Shown piece by piece: positions 20,579 to 29,806 of a stretch of DNA of 64,000 bases. Every line of letters starts with the position of its first letter. The stretch's first letter is position 1. Made by a program: the position numbers and the translations under genes. The notes below the pieces were generated by a model. That model did no database searches. It worked only from the letters and a program-made list of their open reading frames with translations, and was not told the origin of the DNA. Source of the DNA: a virus (lineage: Duplodnaviria; Caudoviricetes); IMG/VR virus record IMGVR_UViG_3300037067_012889, positions 128,001 to 192,000 of that record, one strand, 5' to 3'.

Positions 20579-21205
20579 ATGATACATTATTTAATTGGAA
20601 TCTTAACCGGCTGGAGAATGGCGTCGCGTAGAGCAAATTGTCTTCGTACATGGTTGCCTGAATGCGATCTATTAAATATACCAGCAGTTTTTGCATTCGG
20701 TTCAAAAGACCTACTAGCACCAGAGCTCTATGGTCGTGCATTATTATTACCATGTCCAGATACATACGAAGAATTACCACAACGAACAAGATGGTTATGT
20801 AAATGGGCGTTGGGCCGTGACGATTGGGATTATTTATTAAAGTGTGATGATGACACTTACGTCTCTGCACTACGACTTTCAGAATATCAACCAAAAGGAG
20901 AGTATGTCGGATGTGACTATGGATCGTTTTGTTCTGGTGGAGCTGGTTATTTGATATCACGAAAATGCGTTGAAATCATAGCTGATAATATGCTAGCTAC
21001 ACGCGGAGCCGAGGATGTTATTGTCGGTAAGACTTTACACTCTCATGGTGTACAATTAACACACGATCCACGATTTATATCATATGGTAGCGATTCATTA
21101 CGACCATCTACTGGGAATGATTTTATAACTGCACATAGAATATCAGATAACACATTAGATATTATCGATAAAGAAATAGGCATTAGATCAAGATTTCACA
21201 TCTAG
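20579..21205 (+). CDS. GT31/Fringe-like glycosyltransferase
   Basis: TW...YLLKCDDDTYV (DxD)...FCSGGAGYLIS...AEDVIVG...AH. Confidence 0.85.
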   Translation: MIHYLIGILTGWRMASRRANCLRTWLPECDLLNIPAVFAFGSKDLLAPELYGRALLLPCPDTYEELPQRTRWLCKWALGRDDWDYLLKCDDDTYVSALRLSEYQPKGEYVGCDYGSFCSGGAGYLISRKCVEIIADNMLATRGAEDVIVGKTLHSHGVQLTHDPRFISYGSDSLRPSTGNDFITAHRISDNTLDIIDKEIGIRSRFHI

Positions 21206-21261
21206 AAGATCTGTTTCGTAGATAATCAAAGATAATATATTTCACATGGTGGAGAGCACGC

Positions 21262-22992
21262 ATGCCAACTATCAATCCGTCCCTAGTACCCACAGTAGCG
21301 CCAGGGAATCTATTTGCGGCATTAACTACTGATTCGACACTAAATGTGCGGTGGATCACGCCGACTGACCCTGTCTATTATGAAGCGATGAATCGCCCAA
21401 TGGCTGATATCACCCTTCGGCAGCTTATCCTTGCGAAGACTCTTGATTCGTTGAGCATTAGCATTGGTCACGAAGCAATTTTCCCATTCCTAATCCAGGC
21501 AAGAGTTATCAACTCAACTACAAATGCTCCATTGCCGAATGGATGGATTTGGGATTTACATATGTCAACACCATATAAATGGCAGGATTTCAGACTCGCC
21601 AAAATCAAGCGTATTATAGGCGGCACAAATCCTGGTACTACCGGCACATATACTGGTACGATGCGTTTGATTTTCTCAGCAGTCAACAGCGATTCTCCAA
21701 CAATAGAAACATCGTTATTCACTGCAGATTATATCCTAGATAGTAGTTTAACATATCAAAGGGCAAGGCTGGCAGTCTGTACAGAAGATGACGTCAATAT
21801 TAGCGAAGAAGCCAGTGAGACGATAAAAGGATTTATCACTTTCCGGACATTGCTACAAGACGATCCAATCGTACAAGCATTTTATGATCTGTGTCTGCCA
21901 TCTCCTACGACTACTATAACATACCAGATTGCTGGAACCGGTGCGTCGCCAACAGAAATCGATAGCTACTCAGATTCAGTCGTAAGCCATGGTACAGGAT
22001 TATTGGTCGATAGCTGCAACAATGCTATTCCAAATACCGAGAGTGATGCGTCATCGTGGCTAAGTGCCTTCAATTACCCATTCGACGTCGATGCTAGCAG
22101 AACATCGAATGGGACATTCATAACCACTATCCCATCCGGAATATTCCGCGAATTCAATATCGTAGCACCTGCCGGTGATGAACCAACTGGCGACACAACA
22201 GGAACTTATTTCCCAGTATGGATTAGCAGAATCCAGCCAATCGGAACCACCAATAATCAATTAAGATTCTATTTTGCAACACATAACACCACAAGGCTAA
22301 GTCCATCACCAGACGCCATCGAATTTGCGAGACTTGATTTACTTCGTAGTATGGTTCCCGGCGATATTGTTGCGATAGAGGAAACCAACGACCTGCTACT
22401 TCATTCCGGTACCGACGACGATTTATATTATCAAGGTTTCGGAAAAGGACACGTGGTTCTTAGTAGCTTGTGGGGTTCTACTTCAACAGTAATTGATAAT
22501 TTCTTTGATACTTTCGACTCTCTATTAGCAGATCAATATGCCAGCTTCTTACAGACAGCGACAAGGATAAGTTCTTTTGGTGTTAGTCGAGTTCCCAAAT
22601 TCGCACCAACAGATGGTCAATGTAGAGCGATGGTAGGTTCGACATCTAGTTTATCGACACCGATACCACCATCTGAAACAAACCGATTTGTCGCAGAACT
22701 AGATCAAGGATTGGGAGATACTATTGATCTCGATTCACAGTCTGGAATCACAGCTGTAGATGGCATAAGCAGATATGGTTATACTGGTGGTCTTGTAAGA
22801 AAGTCAGTACAACTCTGTCTTGATTATACAAAACTACCAGAAGATACGGATACGACTGCGAATGCTTTTTATGAAGATTATGTACTACCTAGGCTAACGA
22901 TACTTCTAGGCCGCTCACCAATTTACGGAGATGAATGGTACAATGGTACTGTCTTCCTCCGCTTCAATGGTGATACTTGGCAGAGCCAATAA
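21262..22992 (+). CDS. putative baseplate/tail structural protein
   Basis: 576 aa, Thr-rich, YEAMNRPMADI motif, GGAG RBS, heads the structural operon. Confidence 0.65.
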   Translation: MPTINPSLVPTVAPGNLFAALTTDSTLNVRWITPTDPVYYEAMNRPMADITLRQLILAKTLDSLSISIGHEAIFPFLIQARVINSTTNAPLPNGWIWDLHMSTPYKWQDFRLAKIKRIIGGTNPGTTGTYTGTMRLIFSAVNSDSPTIETSLFTADYILDSSLTYQRARLAVCTEDDVNISEEASETIKGFITFRTLLQDDPIVQAFYDLCLPSPTTTITYQIAGTGASPTEIDSYSDSVVSHGTGLLVDSCNNAIPNTESDASSWLSAFNYPFDVDASRTSNGTFITTIPSGIFREFNIVAPAGDEPTGDTTGTYFPVWISRIQPIGTTNNQLRFYFATHNTTRLSPSPDAIEFARLDLLRSMVPGDIVAIEETNDLLLHSGTDDDLYYQGFGKGHVVLSSLWGSTSTVIDNFFDTFDSLLADQYASFLQTATRISSFGVSRVPKFAPTDGQCRAMVGSTSSLSTPIPPSETNRFVAELDQGLGDTIDLDSQSGITAVDGISRYGYTGGLVRKSVQLCLDYTKLPEDTDTTANAFYEDYVLPRLTILLGRSPIYGDEWYNGTVFLRFNGDTWQSQ

Positions 22993-22998
22993 TGCTAA

Positions 22999-23018
22999 GT
23001 ATAGGCAGCTGCCTATAC
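22999..23018. terminator. perfect 20-bp palindrome/hairpin
   Basis: GTATAGGCAGCTGCCTATAC immediately after the stop of 21262..22992. Confidence 0.55.
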
Positions 23019-23077
23019 GACTTGTAATAATTCAAATTTACAATAGATCGAAAAACACCACTAGCCATCAAAACGTT

Positions 23078-23617
23078 ATGGATTCTCTATACATACGTGG
23101 AAAATTCGCTGTCGAGCATTGGTATCGTGGAAAACTGATTGGGTTACATCCATGTCATAACGATACCACGAACGAGGGCAAAAACAGATTTCTAAATATT
23201 AGTTTTCATAAATATACTGCTATTACAAGCTGGTATATGAGTCTCATTGACAATGTTGGATATACTGCAGTAGCTGCAACAGACACATATGCAAATATCG
23301 GATTGGCTGGCAATACTTGGTCTGAATTCGCCTCATACACCGACACAAATAATGGCGAGAACGCTACGACAAGACCACTTTGGATAACAAGCCCGGCATC
23401 TGGTCCATCTATCGCAAACGCTACTAAGATATTGTTTACTTCAACTGCCATAGGTGTCGTCAGGGGCATCTTTGTAGTTGGCGGATCAGCAAATGCACAA
23501 CTCAAGAGTGATAATTCGTCTAGCAATAGCATCATGTGGGCAACTGCATTATTTGATTTACCTTTTGCCATGTTTGTTGGTAGCATATTAAAAGCGACAT
23601 ACACGATCAACGCGTGA
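23078..23617 (+). CDS. tail fibre-associated structural protein (paralog A1)
   Basis: GKFAVEHWYRGKL...NEGK...W...LIDN.G...WSEF..Y...TRP.W; paralog of 29265..29795. Confidence 0.7.
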   Translation: MDSLYIRGKFAVEHWYRGKLIGLHPCHNDTTNEGKNRFLNISFHKYTAITSWYMSLIDNVGYTAVAATDTYANIGLAGNTWSEFASYTDTNNGENATTRPLWITSPASGPSIANATKILFTSTAIGVVRGIFVVGGSANAQLKSDNSSSNSIMWATALFDLPFAMFVGSILKATYTINA

Positions 23618-23624
23618 GGTAGTT

Positions 23625-24623
23625 ATGTCTTTACTTTGGGTTGACGGATTTGAAGGATATGGCCCGAGCGGCGATCCAACTACCTTATTGGGATATCGTG
23701 GATATGGAACTAGTCAAACTAATCATTCGTCTATAACTACAGGACGCATAACGGGATATTGCATATCTGCTAATGATATTTATAGCCCAGGATTCTCAAC
23801 ACCATCTTTAACAATTAACCCAACATTGATTGCCGGTATTGCTTTTAAACTAAATAATGGCTATATCACAATACAGTTCATGGATAATACCATAAATGGT
23901 ATAGGCGTCACAATCAATCAGACTTCGATAGTGATAAAATTAGGTACTACAACCATTAGTACCACCAGCCTAACATTGACGACACTCACCTGGTTTTATG
24001 CCGAGGTAAAAGTATTTTGTCACGCTACTGCCGGAACTGTTGAAGTGCGTTTAAATGGCTCGACGATTGTATCATTGACAGGCATAAATACTAAAAACAG
24101 TTATGACGATTACAACAATGTCATCTATACAGAATTACACTATGCATGGTTGGACGACTACTACATTTGCGATGGTTCTGGTTTGACTGTAAATGATTTT
24201 CAGGGATTTTGCAGGGTAGTAGGTTTGTTGCCTAATGCTGATACATTAACAGAACAATGGTCGACGAGTACTGGTACAGATCATTATGCATTAGTAGATG
24301 AGAATCCGCCAAATACAACCGATTATGTTTATAGTGGCACACAAGGCCAAACAGACTTATACATATATCCACCATTGCCTGCTGCTATTGGTCCAATCAT
24401 AGGACTACAAGTTGCTACACAATCCAAAGTATTTTCCGGAACCGGTGCAATTGTAGAAGCACCAATCACATCATATGGCGTTACTGATGCAGGCACAGAT
24501 GCAATAGTTAAAAGTACGACGTACTCTGATATGCGACGTATAAGCATAACAGATCCGAGTACAGGATTGCCATGGACCGCAGCGGGATTATCAGCAGCAC
24601 AAATAGGCATAAAGGTGATGTAA
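23625..24623 (+). CDS. LamG/ConA-like virion protein (paralog B1)
   Basis: MSLLWVDGFEGYG...WFYAEVK...GTVEVRLNG...DDYYICDGSG...DP.TGLPWT...AQIGIKVM. Confidence 0.7.
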   Translation: MSLLWVDGFEGYGPSGDPTTLLGYRGYGTSQTNHSSITTGRITGYCISANDIYSPGFSTPSLTINPTLIAGIAFKLNNGYITIQFMDNTINGIGVTINQTSIVIKLGTTTISTTSLTLTTLTWFYAEVKVFCHATAGTVEVRLNGSTIVSLTGINTKNSYDDYNNVIYTELHYAWLDDYYICDGSGLTVNDFQGFCRVVGLLPNADTLTEQWSTSTGTDHYALVDENPPNTTDYVYSGTQGQTDLYIYPPLPAAIGPIIGLQVATQSKVFSGTGAIVEAPITSYGVTDAGTDAIVKSTTYSDMRRISITDPSTGLPWTAAGLSAAQIGIKVM

Positions 24624-24625
24624 AT

Positions 24626-25639
24626 ATGGCCTTACTTTGGATTGACGGGTTCGAAGGATATGGTGCAAGTAGTAATCCTACAACCATATCTGCACGCTAC
24701 CCATATTCCGGAAGTCTAGATCATTCAACGATTATGCCAGGGCGTATTACTGGATATAGTTGGGGAGCGACGGCTAACTATAGCCCATATATTTCTACAC
24801 CAGTTTTAACAACTAATCCAACACTGATATCGGGTTGTGCCTTTTTATTCACTACAGTTGGAAGTTATACTATATTGTCTTTTTATGACAATGCGACATT
24901 AGGTATAAATGTAACATTTACATCGACAGCCCCAAATTCTACAATCGTGGTAAAACTTGGGGCGGCTACACTTGCTACTTATACTAATTTTTTACTTGCA
25001 ACATATACATGGTTTTATGTTGAAATGAAAGTGTTTTGCCATGCCACGAGCGGCACCGTTGAAATTAAACTCAATGGCACAACTGTTATAACATTAACCG
25101 GTATCAATACTAAAGCGGGTTCTGATTCATATCATACTGCTGCCAATATCGCTTTGTGGTATGGATATGTTGATGATTTTTATGTCTGCGATGGTTCTGG
25201 ATCGGCACAAAATGATTTTCTTGGTACGTGCAGAGTACTGGGCATTTTCCCAAACGCAGACACAGATGTAGAGCAATGGACACCAAGTACAATCGGAGCA
25301 CATTATCAACTGGTCGATGAAAACCCGCCAAATACGAGTGATTACGTAGAGAGCCCAACACAAGGACAGATCGATTTATATAGATATCCTAGCTTAATCG
25401 GTTCCGGCACAATTATAGGATTACAAGTAAGTACAACAGTCGAAATAGCTACAGGGACGTCTATGGTCATAGAGGCACCGATCATATCGCATGGTGTCAC
25501 AGACTTAGGACCAGACACAACAGTGACCGGTGCTACATATGTAGATGTACGACATGTAAGCACAACAGATCCATATACTGGACTGCCGTGGACAGTAGCA
25601 AACTTGGCAGCAGCACAAATAGGAATAAGGGTAATGTAA
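24626..25639 (+). CDS. LamG/ConA-like virion protein (paralog B2)
   Basis: MALLWIDGFEGYG..., full-length paralog of B1. Confidence 0.7.
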   Translation: MALLWIDGFEGYGASSNPTTISARYPYSGSLDHSTIMPGRITGYSWGATANYSPYISTPVLTTNPTLISGCAFLFTTVGSYTILSFYDNATLGINVTFTSTAPNSTIVVKLGAATLATYTNFLLATYTWFYVEMKVFCHATSGTVEIKLNGTTVITLTGINTKAGSDSYHTAANIALWYGYVDDFYVCDGSGSAQNDFLGTCRVLGIFPNADTDVEQWTPSTIGAHYQLVDENPPNTSDYVESPTQGQIDLYRYPSLIGSGTIIGLQVSTTVEIATGTSMVIEAPIISHGVTDLGPDTTVTGATYVDVRHVSTTDPYTGLPWTVANLAAAQIGIRVM

Positions 25640-26664
25640 TGGCTCTACTTTGGATCGACGGATTTGATGGATATGCAGTTAGTGGTGGAAATCCATCGGC
25701 TGCGATGGCATTACGATATGGATCTATTGGAGGATCGAGCTATTTCGGTATTTTCGCCGGTCACGTTAGTGGTTATGCTGTAGGAGTAAGCAATGGACTC
25801 TCGGACGTCTATTTCGTAACGCCATCGTTAACAACCAATCCGACATTAATAGCAGGATGTGCTTTTTATTTCACAAGTACTGGCTCTACTGCATTGATAC
25901 GATTTTACGACAATGCGGCCAATGGAATATACGTTTATATGTCTCCGACAGTACCTTCGACCATATCGATAAAATCTTCTACCGATGCAGTATTAGCTAC
26001 TTATACTAATTTCTTGCTCGCACTAAACACATGGTATTATGTTGAAGTTAAAACATATTGTCATGCAACTGCCGGAACTGTCGAAGTACGTGTAAACGGT
26101 GTGACTGTTTTGACATTGACAGGAGCTAATACGAAGGCTGGTGTCGATAATTGGAATACTGCTATTATGTTCGACGGAATTAAAAACGTTTATTTCGACG
26201 ATGTCTATGTTTGCGATGGTTCTGGTTCAACACTAAATGATTTCCTAGGACTTTGCAGAGTTTTTGGATTGTTTCCAAATTCCGACACAGCCACAGAACA
26301 ATGGACACCGAGCGTTGCAGGACCACACTATGCACTAGTTGACGAGAATCCACCAAACACAACTGATTATGTATCGACCAACGTACAAGCAGCTACAGAT
26401 CTATACAAATATCCAAGCCTACTTGGTACAGCGACGGTCCTAGGAGTGCAGGTAAGTACGCAAATGATGTTGTCGTCAGGTGTGTGTGCTATTGTAGAAT
26501 CGCCAATAGTGTCAAATGGCGTCACCGAGACAGGACCAGACACAAATTTTTCAAGTGCTACGTATCTCGATGTACGACATATAAGCACAACAGATCCAAA
26601 TACTGGACTACCATGGACGATATCAAACTTAGCAGCAGCAGAAATTGGGATAAAGGTGATGTAG
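25639..26664 (+). CDS. LamG/ConA-like virion protein (paralog B3)
   Basis: MALLWIDGFDGY..., TAATG-coupled to B2. Confidence 0.7.
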   Translation: MALLWIDGFDGYAVSGGNPSAAMALRYGSIGGSSYFGIFAGHVSGYAVGVSNGLSDVYFVTPSLTTNPTLIAGCAFYFTSTGSTALIRFYDNAANGIYVYMSPTVPSTISIKSSTDAVLATYTNFLLALNTWYYVEVKTYCHATAGTVEVRVNGVTVLTLTGANTKAGVDNWNTAIMFDGIKNVYFDDVYVCDGSGSTLNDFLGLCRVFGLFPNSDTATEQWTPSVAGPHYALVDENPPNTTDYVSTNVQAATDLYKYPSLLGTATVLGVQVSTQMMLSSGVCAIVESPIVSNGVTETGPDTNFSSATYLDVRHISTTDPNTGLPWTISNLAAAEIGIKVM

Positions 26665-26665
26665 T

Positions 26666-28084
26666 ATGGCTGGTACAGCACGCGTATCGCGACAAATAGT
26701 TGAAGTTCTAACGACAAGCAATCTTTTGCCGCCATATACGTATGGAACGATTAAAGCAACAAGGCAAATGATAGATGTCCTGTTGTTAGATGGCACTGCT
26801 CTACCTCCATACACATATGCTACGATATACGTAACAAGACAAATTGTTGAAGTTTTGACTTGGCAAGACTATTATAATGCCAGTGCATCTAATACTTTAA
26901 GTATAACACAGACACTTAATGCTTTCGCGAATACAACGCCACCAACATTTTCAAAAGCACTCATATCTAAATCGAATGCAATAGAACAAATGCCAAACGG
27001 TGACATAATAAACCACGGAGATTTTCCAATATGGACTACAAATAGCTCATCTTGGACGCAAACAAGGCAAGCCTTTTGTGCAAGAGTCGAAGCAAACGCA
27101 GCATGTTTTAATCAAGATACCATTACATTTGGAAGTCTCGGGACTACTACGAAATGCTTGGGAAGTGTTTTGGCTCCAAATGGATGCATTTATGGTCCAC
27201 CACGTACAAGCACATCAATTCTAAAAATCGACACCACAACAGATGCAATTACAACTTTTGGCAGTTTTGGTTCTGGTGCAGATAAATGGGGTGGTGCCGT
27301 CTTAGCTCCCAATGGATACATATATTGCATACCAAATACGATTACGACGATTTTAAAAATTGATCCGGCAACAGATACTACAACCACATTTTCAAGTGGT
27401 TGCACTGGCTCTGCAGATTTTAGCGGCGGCGTTGTTGCACCGAATGGATGCATCTATTGTGCACCATGGAGCTATACTGCCGTCTTAAAAATTGATCCAA
27501 CAACAGATACAGTGACAACATTTGGAGCAGCGGCCGTTGGAGCCGGTACTGTTAAATGGCAATCTGCCGTTCTTGCCCCAAATGGTATGATTTATTGCAT
27601 GGCTGTAAATAGTACAGCAATCTTGAAAATCGATCCAACAACAGATACGGCTACAACATTTGGTAGCGTTGGTGCTGGGACTTATAAATGGGCTGGCGGC
27701 ATATTAGCGCCGAATGGTATGATCTATGCAATACCACAAGACGCAACAACTATCTTGAAAATCGATCCAACAACAGACACAGCAACAACATTTGGCAGTC
27801 TGTCCGGCACAGCCAAATGGGTCGGCGGCGTCTTAGCTCCAAATGGTATGATTTATGGCATACCGTGGTCTAGTACTACAATATTAAAAATCGATCCAAC
27901 AACAGACATAGCAACAACGTTTGGAAGCTTATCTGGCTCTGCCAAATGGGCTGGCGGCACAGTAGCGCCAAATGGCATGATTTATGGCATACCGTGGTCT
28001 AGTGCTACGGTCTTAAAATTTGGTGGTATGTCGGACGATGCGCCACTTGATTACTGTTTGTCAAGATATTTCAATAGATATTAG
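26666..28084 (+). CDS. seven-bladed beta-propeller fibre/adhesin protein (paralog C1)
   Basis: 7 repeats of GGVLAPNG.IY.IP....ILKIDPTTDT.TTFGS; N-terminal 3x RQ.V[ED]VL-like unit. Confidence 0.75.
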   Translation: MAGTARVSRQIVEVLTTSNLLPPYTYGTIKATRQMIDVLLLDGTALPPYTYATIYVTRQIVEVLTWQDYYNASASNTLSITQTLNAFANTTPPTFSKALISKSNAIEQMPNGDIINHGDFPIWTTNSSSWTQTRQAFCARVEANAACFNQDTITFGSLGTTTKCLGSVLAPNGCIYGPPRTSTSILKIDTTTDAITTFGSFGSGADKWGGAVLAPNGYIYCIPNTITTILKIDPATDTTTTFSSGCTGSADFSGGVVAPNGCIYCAPWSYTAVLKIDPTTDTVTTFGAAAVGAGTVKWQSAVLAPNGMIYCMAVNSTAILKIDPTTDTATTFGSVGAGTYKWAGGILAPNGMIYAIPQDATTILKIDPTTDTATTFGSLSGTAKWVGGVLAPNGMIYGIPWSSTTILKIDPTTDIATTFGSLSGSAKWAGGTVAPNGMIYGIPWSSATVLKFGGMSDDAPLDYCLSRYFNRY

Positions 28085-28108
28085 AGATTGATTGCATTTG
28101 GAGATTGC

Positions 28109-29254
28109 ATGGCTTACCAAAAACCACTGATTAAAAACACAAATTCGATTGGATCTCTGCCCAGTGGAGATTTATTAGCCCACGGCGATTTTCCCTTATG
28201 GTCTGCGAACAAATTGTCGTGGGAGCAAACACAATTAGCATTATGCACGAGGGCAAGTTTAGATCGTGCTTGTTCGCAGTTCACCACAACAATATTTGGT
28301 AGTTTTTCTGGTACGTCGAAATGGACGTGCGGTGTCTTAGCTCCTAACGGTTATATTTATAGTTGTCCATGTTACAGTGGCACAGTTTTAAAAATCGATC
28401 CGACAACAGATACTGGTACAACATTTGGTAGTCTTGGTGACACAACTACATTTAGATGGAGCGGTTGTGTCTTGGCACCAAATGGATACATCTACGGAGT
28501 TCCGAGTGCAAGCACTGAAATAGTAAAAATAGATCCTACGACAGATACAGTGACAACATTTGGAGCCCTGTCGTCTGATGCCGATAAGTGGTTTGGTTGC
28601 GTTTTGTCATCGACAGGTATAATTTACGGCATACCACAAACTGGCACCTCGATCTTAAGAATCGATCCTGCGACAGATACAGCTACCACATTCGGAAGCC
28701 TTGCAGTAGCTAATAACAAATGGTTAGGTGGTGTACTAGCTCCTAATGGATGTATTTATGGCGTTCCATATGCTAGTACGTCAGTTCTAAAAATCGATCC
28801 TAGTACAGATACAGCAACAACATTCGGAAGCTTTACAGGAGCAACAAAATGGCAGGGTGGCGTGTTAGCTCCTAATGGACGCATCTATTGTATTCCGACA
28901 GGTATCGGAACAATTTTGAAAATCGATCCAGCAACTGATACCGGCACGACATTTGGAAGCATATCCGGTACAGCACCGATGAATGTAGGTGGAGTCTTAG
29001 GTGCAGATGGTCTGATTTATGGGGTTCCTTTTAGTGGTACTGCACTTCTAAAAATAGATCCAACGATTGACGTGGCTGCTACTACTACATTTAGCAACTT
29101 AACTGGTTCTAGTAAATGGTATGGCGGAGTTTTGGCCACCAATGGATGTATATATTGCGTACCACACACAGGCACGACTGTTCTAAAGATTGGTACTGCA
29201 CTAGACGACGTACCGCTCAATCGGTGCCTGTCACGACATTTCAACAAACCTTAA
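28109..29254 (+). CDS. seven-bladed beta-propeller protein (paralog C2)
   Basis: 7 repeats; GGAG RBS before ATG 28109; C-terminal LSRHFNK. Confidence 0.75.
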   Translation: MAYQKPLIKNTNSIGSLPSGDLLAHGDFPLWSANKLSWEQTQLALCTRASLDRACSQFTTTIFGSFSGTSKWTCGVLAPNGYIYSCPCYSGTVLKIDPTTDTGTTFGSLGDTTTFRWSGCVLAPNGYIYGVPSASTEIVKIDPTTDTVTTFGALSSDADKWFGCVLSSTGIIYGIPQTGTSILRIDPATDTATTFGSLAVANNKWLGGVLAPNGCIYGVPYASTSVLKIDPSTDTATTFGSFTGATKWQGGVLAPNGRIYCIPTGIGTILKIDPATDTGTTFGSISGTAPMNVGGVLGADGLIYGVPFSGTALLKIDPTIDVAATTTFSNLTGSSKWYGGVLATNGCIYCVPHTGTTVLKIGTALDDVPLNRCLSRHFNKP

Positions 29255-29264
29255 TCATAGCACA

Positions 29265-29795
29265 ATGAATAACGAGACTTACATAAAACCGGCAGGTAGA
29301 TTCGATGTTGAACACTGGCGTAGAGGAAAGCTTCTTACTATACACCATGCACCAAATGGTGTTTCAAATGAAGGTAAGACTGGAATATTAAATGCCAACT
29401 TCTACAATGGCACTAATATTGGATATTGGTGGGTTGGTCTAATTGACAATACTGGTTTTGTGGCACTGGCCTCTACGGATTCTTATCAAAGCATTAATCA
29501 ACCAGGTAACGGATGGTCTGAATTTACAGGATATGTGGATGGCATAAATACTAGCACAAGGCCAACATGGAATAATAACGCAGCTTCGGCACAAACGATA
29601 ACAAATACAGTTAAAACGTTATTCACGATTACCGTCGCAGGCACAGTTGTTGGTGCATTCGTCGTTGGTGGCCCAACATCACAAATCAAAGGTGATTATT
29701 CTTCTGGTAATGTACTATGGGCGGATGCATTATTCCCGGTCACTGACGTATTACCGACAGATCAGTTAAAAATTACGTACACAATATTACTGTAA
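29265..29795 (+). CDS. tail fibre-associated structural protein (paralog A2)
   Basis: GRFDVEHWRRGKL... paralog of 23078..23617. Confidence 0.7.
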   Translation: MNNETYIKPAGRFDVEHWRRGKLLTIHHAPNGVSNEGKTGILNANFYNGTNIGYWWVGLIDNTGFVALASTDSYQSINQPGNGWSEFTGYVDGINTSTRPTWNNNAASAQTITNTVKTLFTITVAGTVVGAFVVGGPTSQIKGDYSSGNVLWADALFPVTDVLPTDQLKITYTILL

Positions 29796-29806
29796 ATGAG
29801 ATCAAT

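Noticed and set aside
28082-28111. In-frame TAG readthrough fusing C1 and C2, or stop-codon recoding
   Set aside because: C2 has its own GGAG RBS and ATG; the paralogs end at the same C-terminal motif; long genes are intact in code 11 and TAG acts as a normal stop elsewhere
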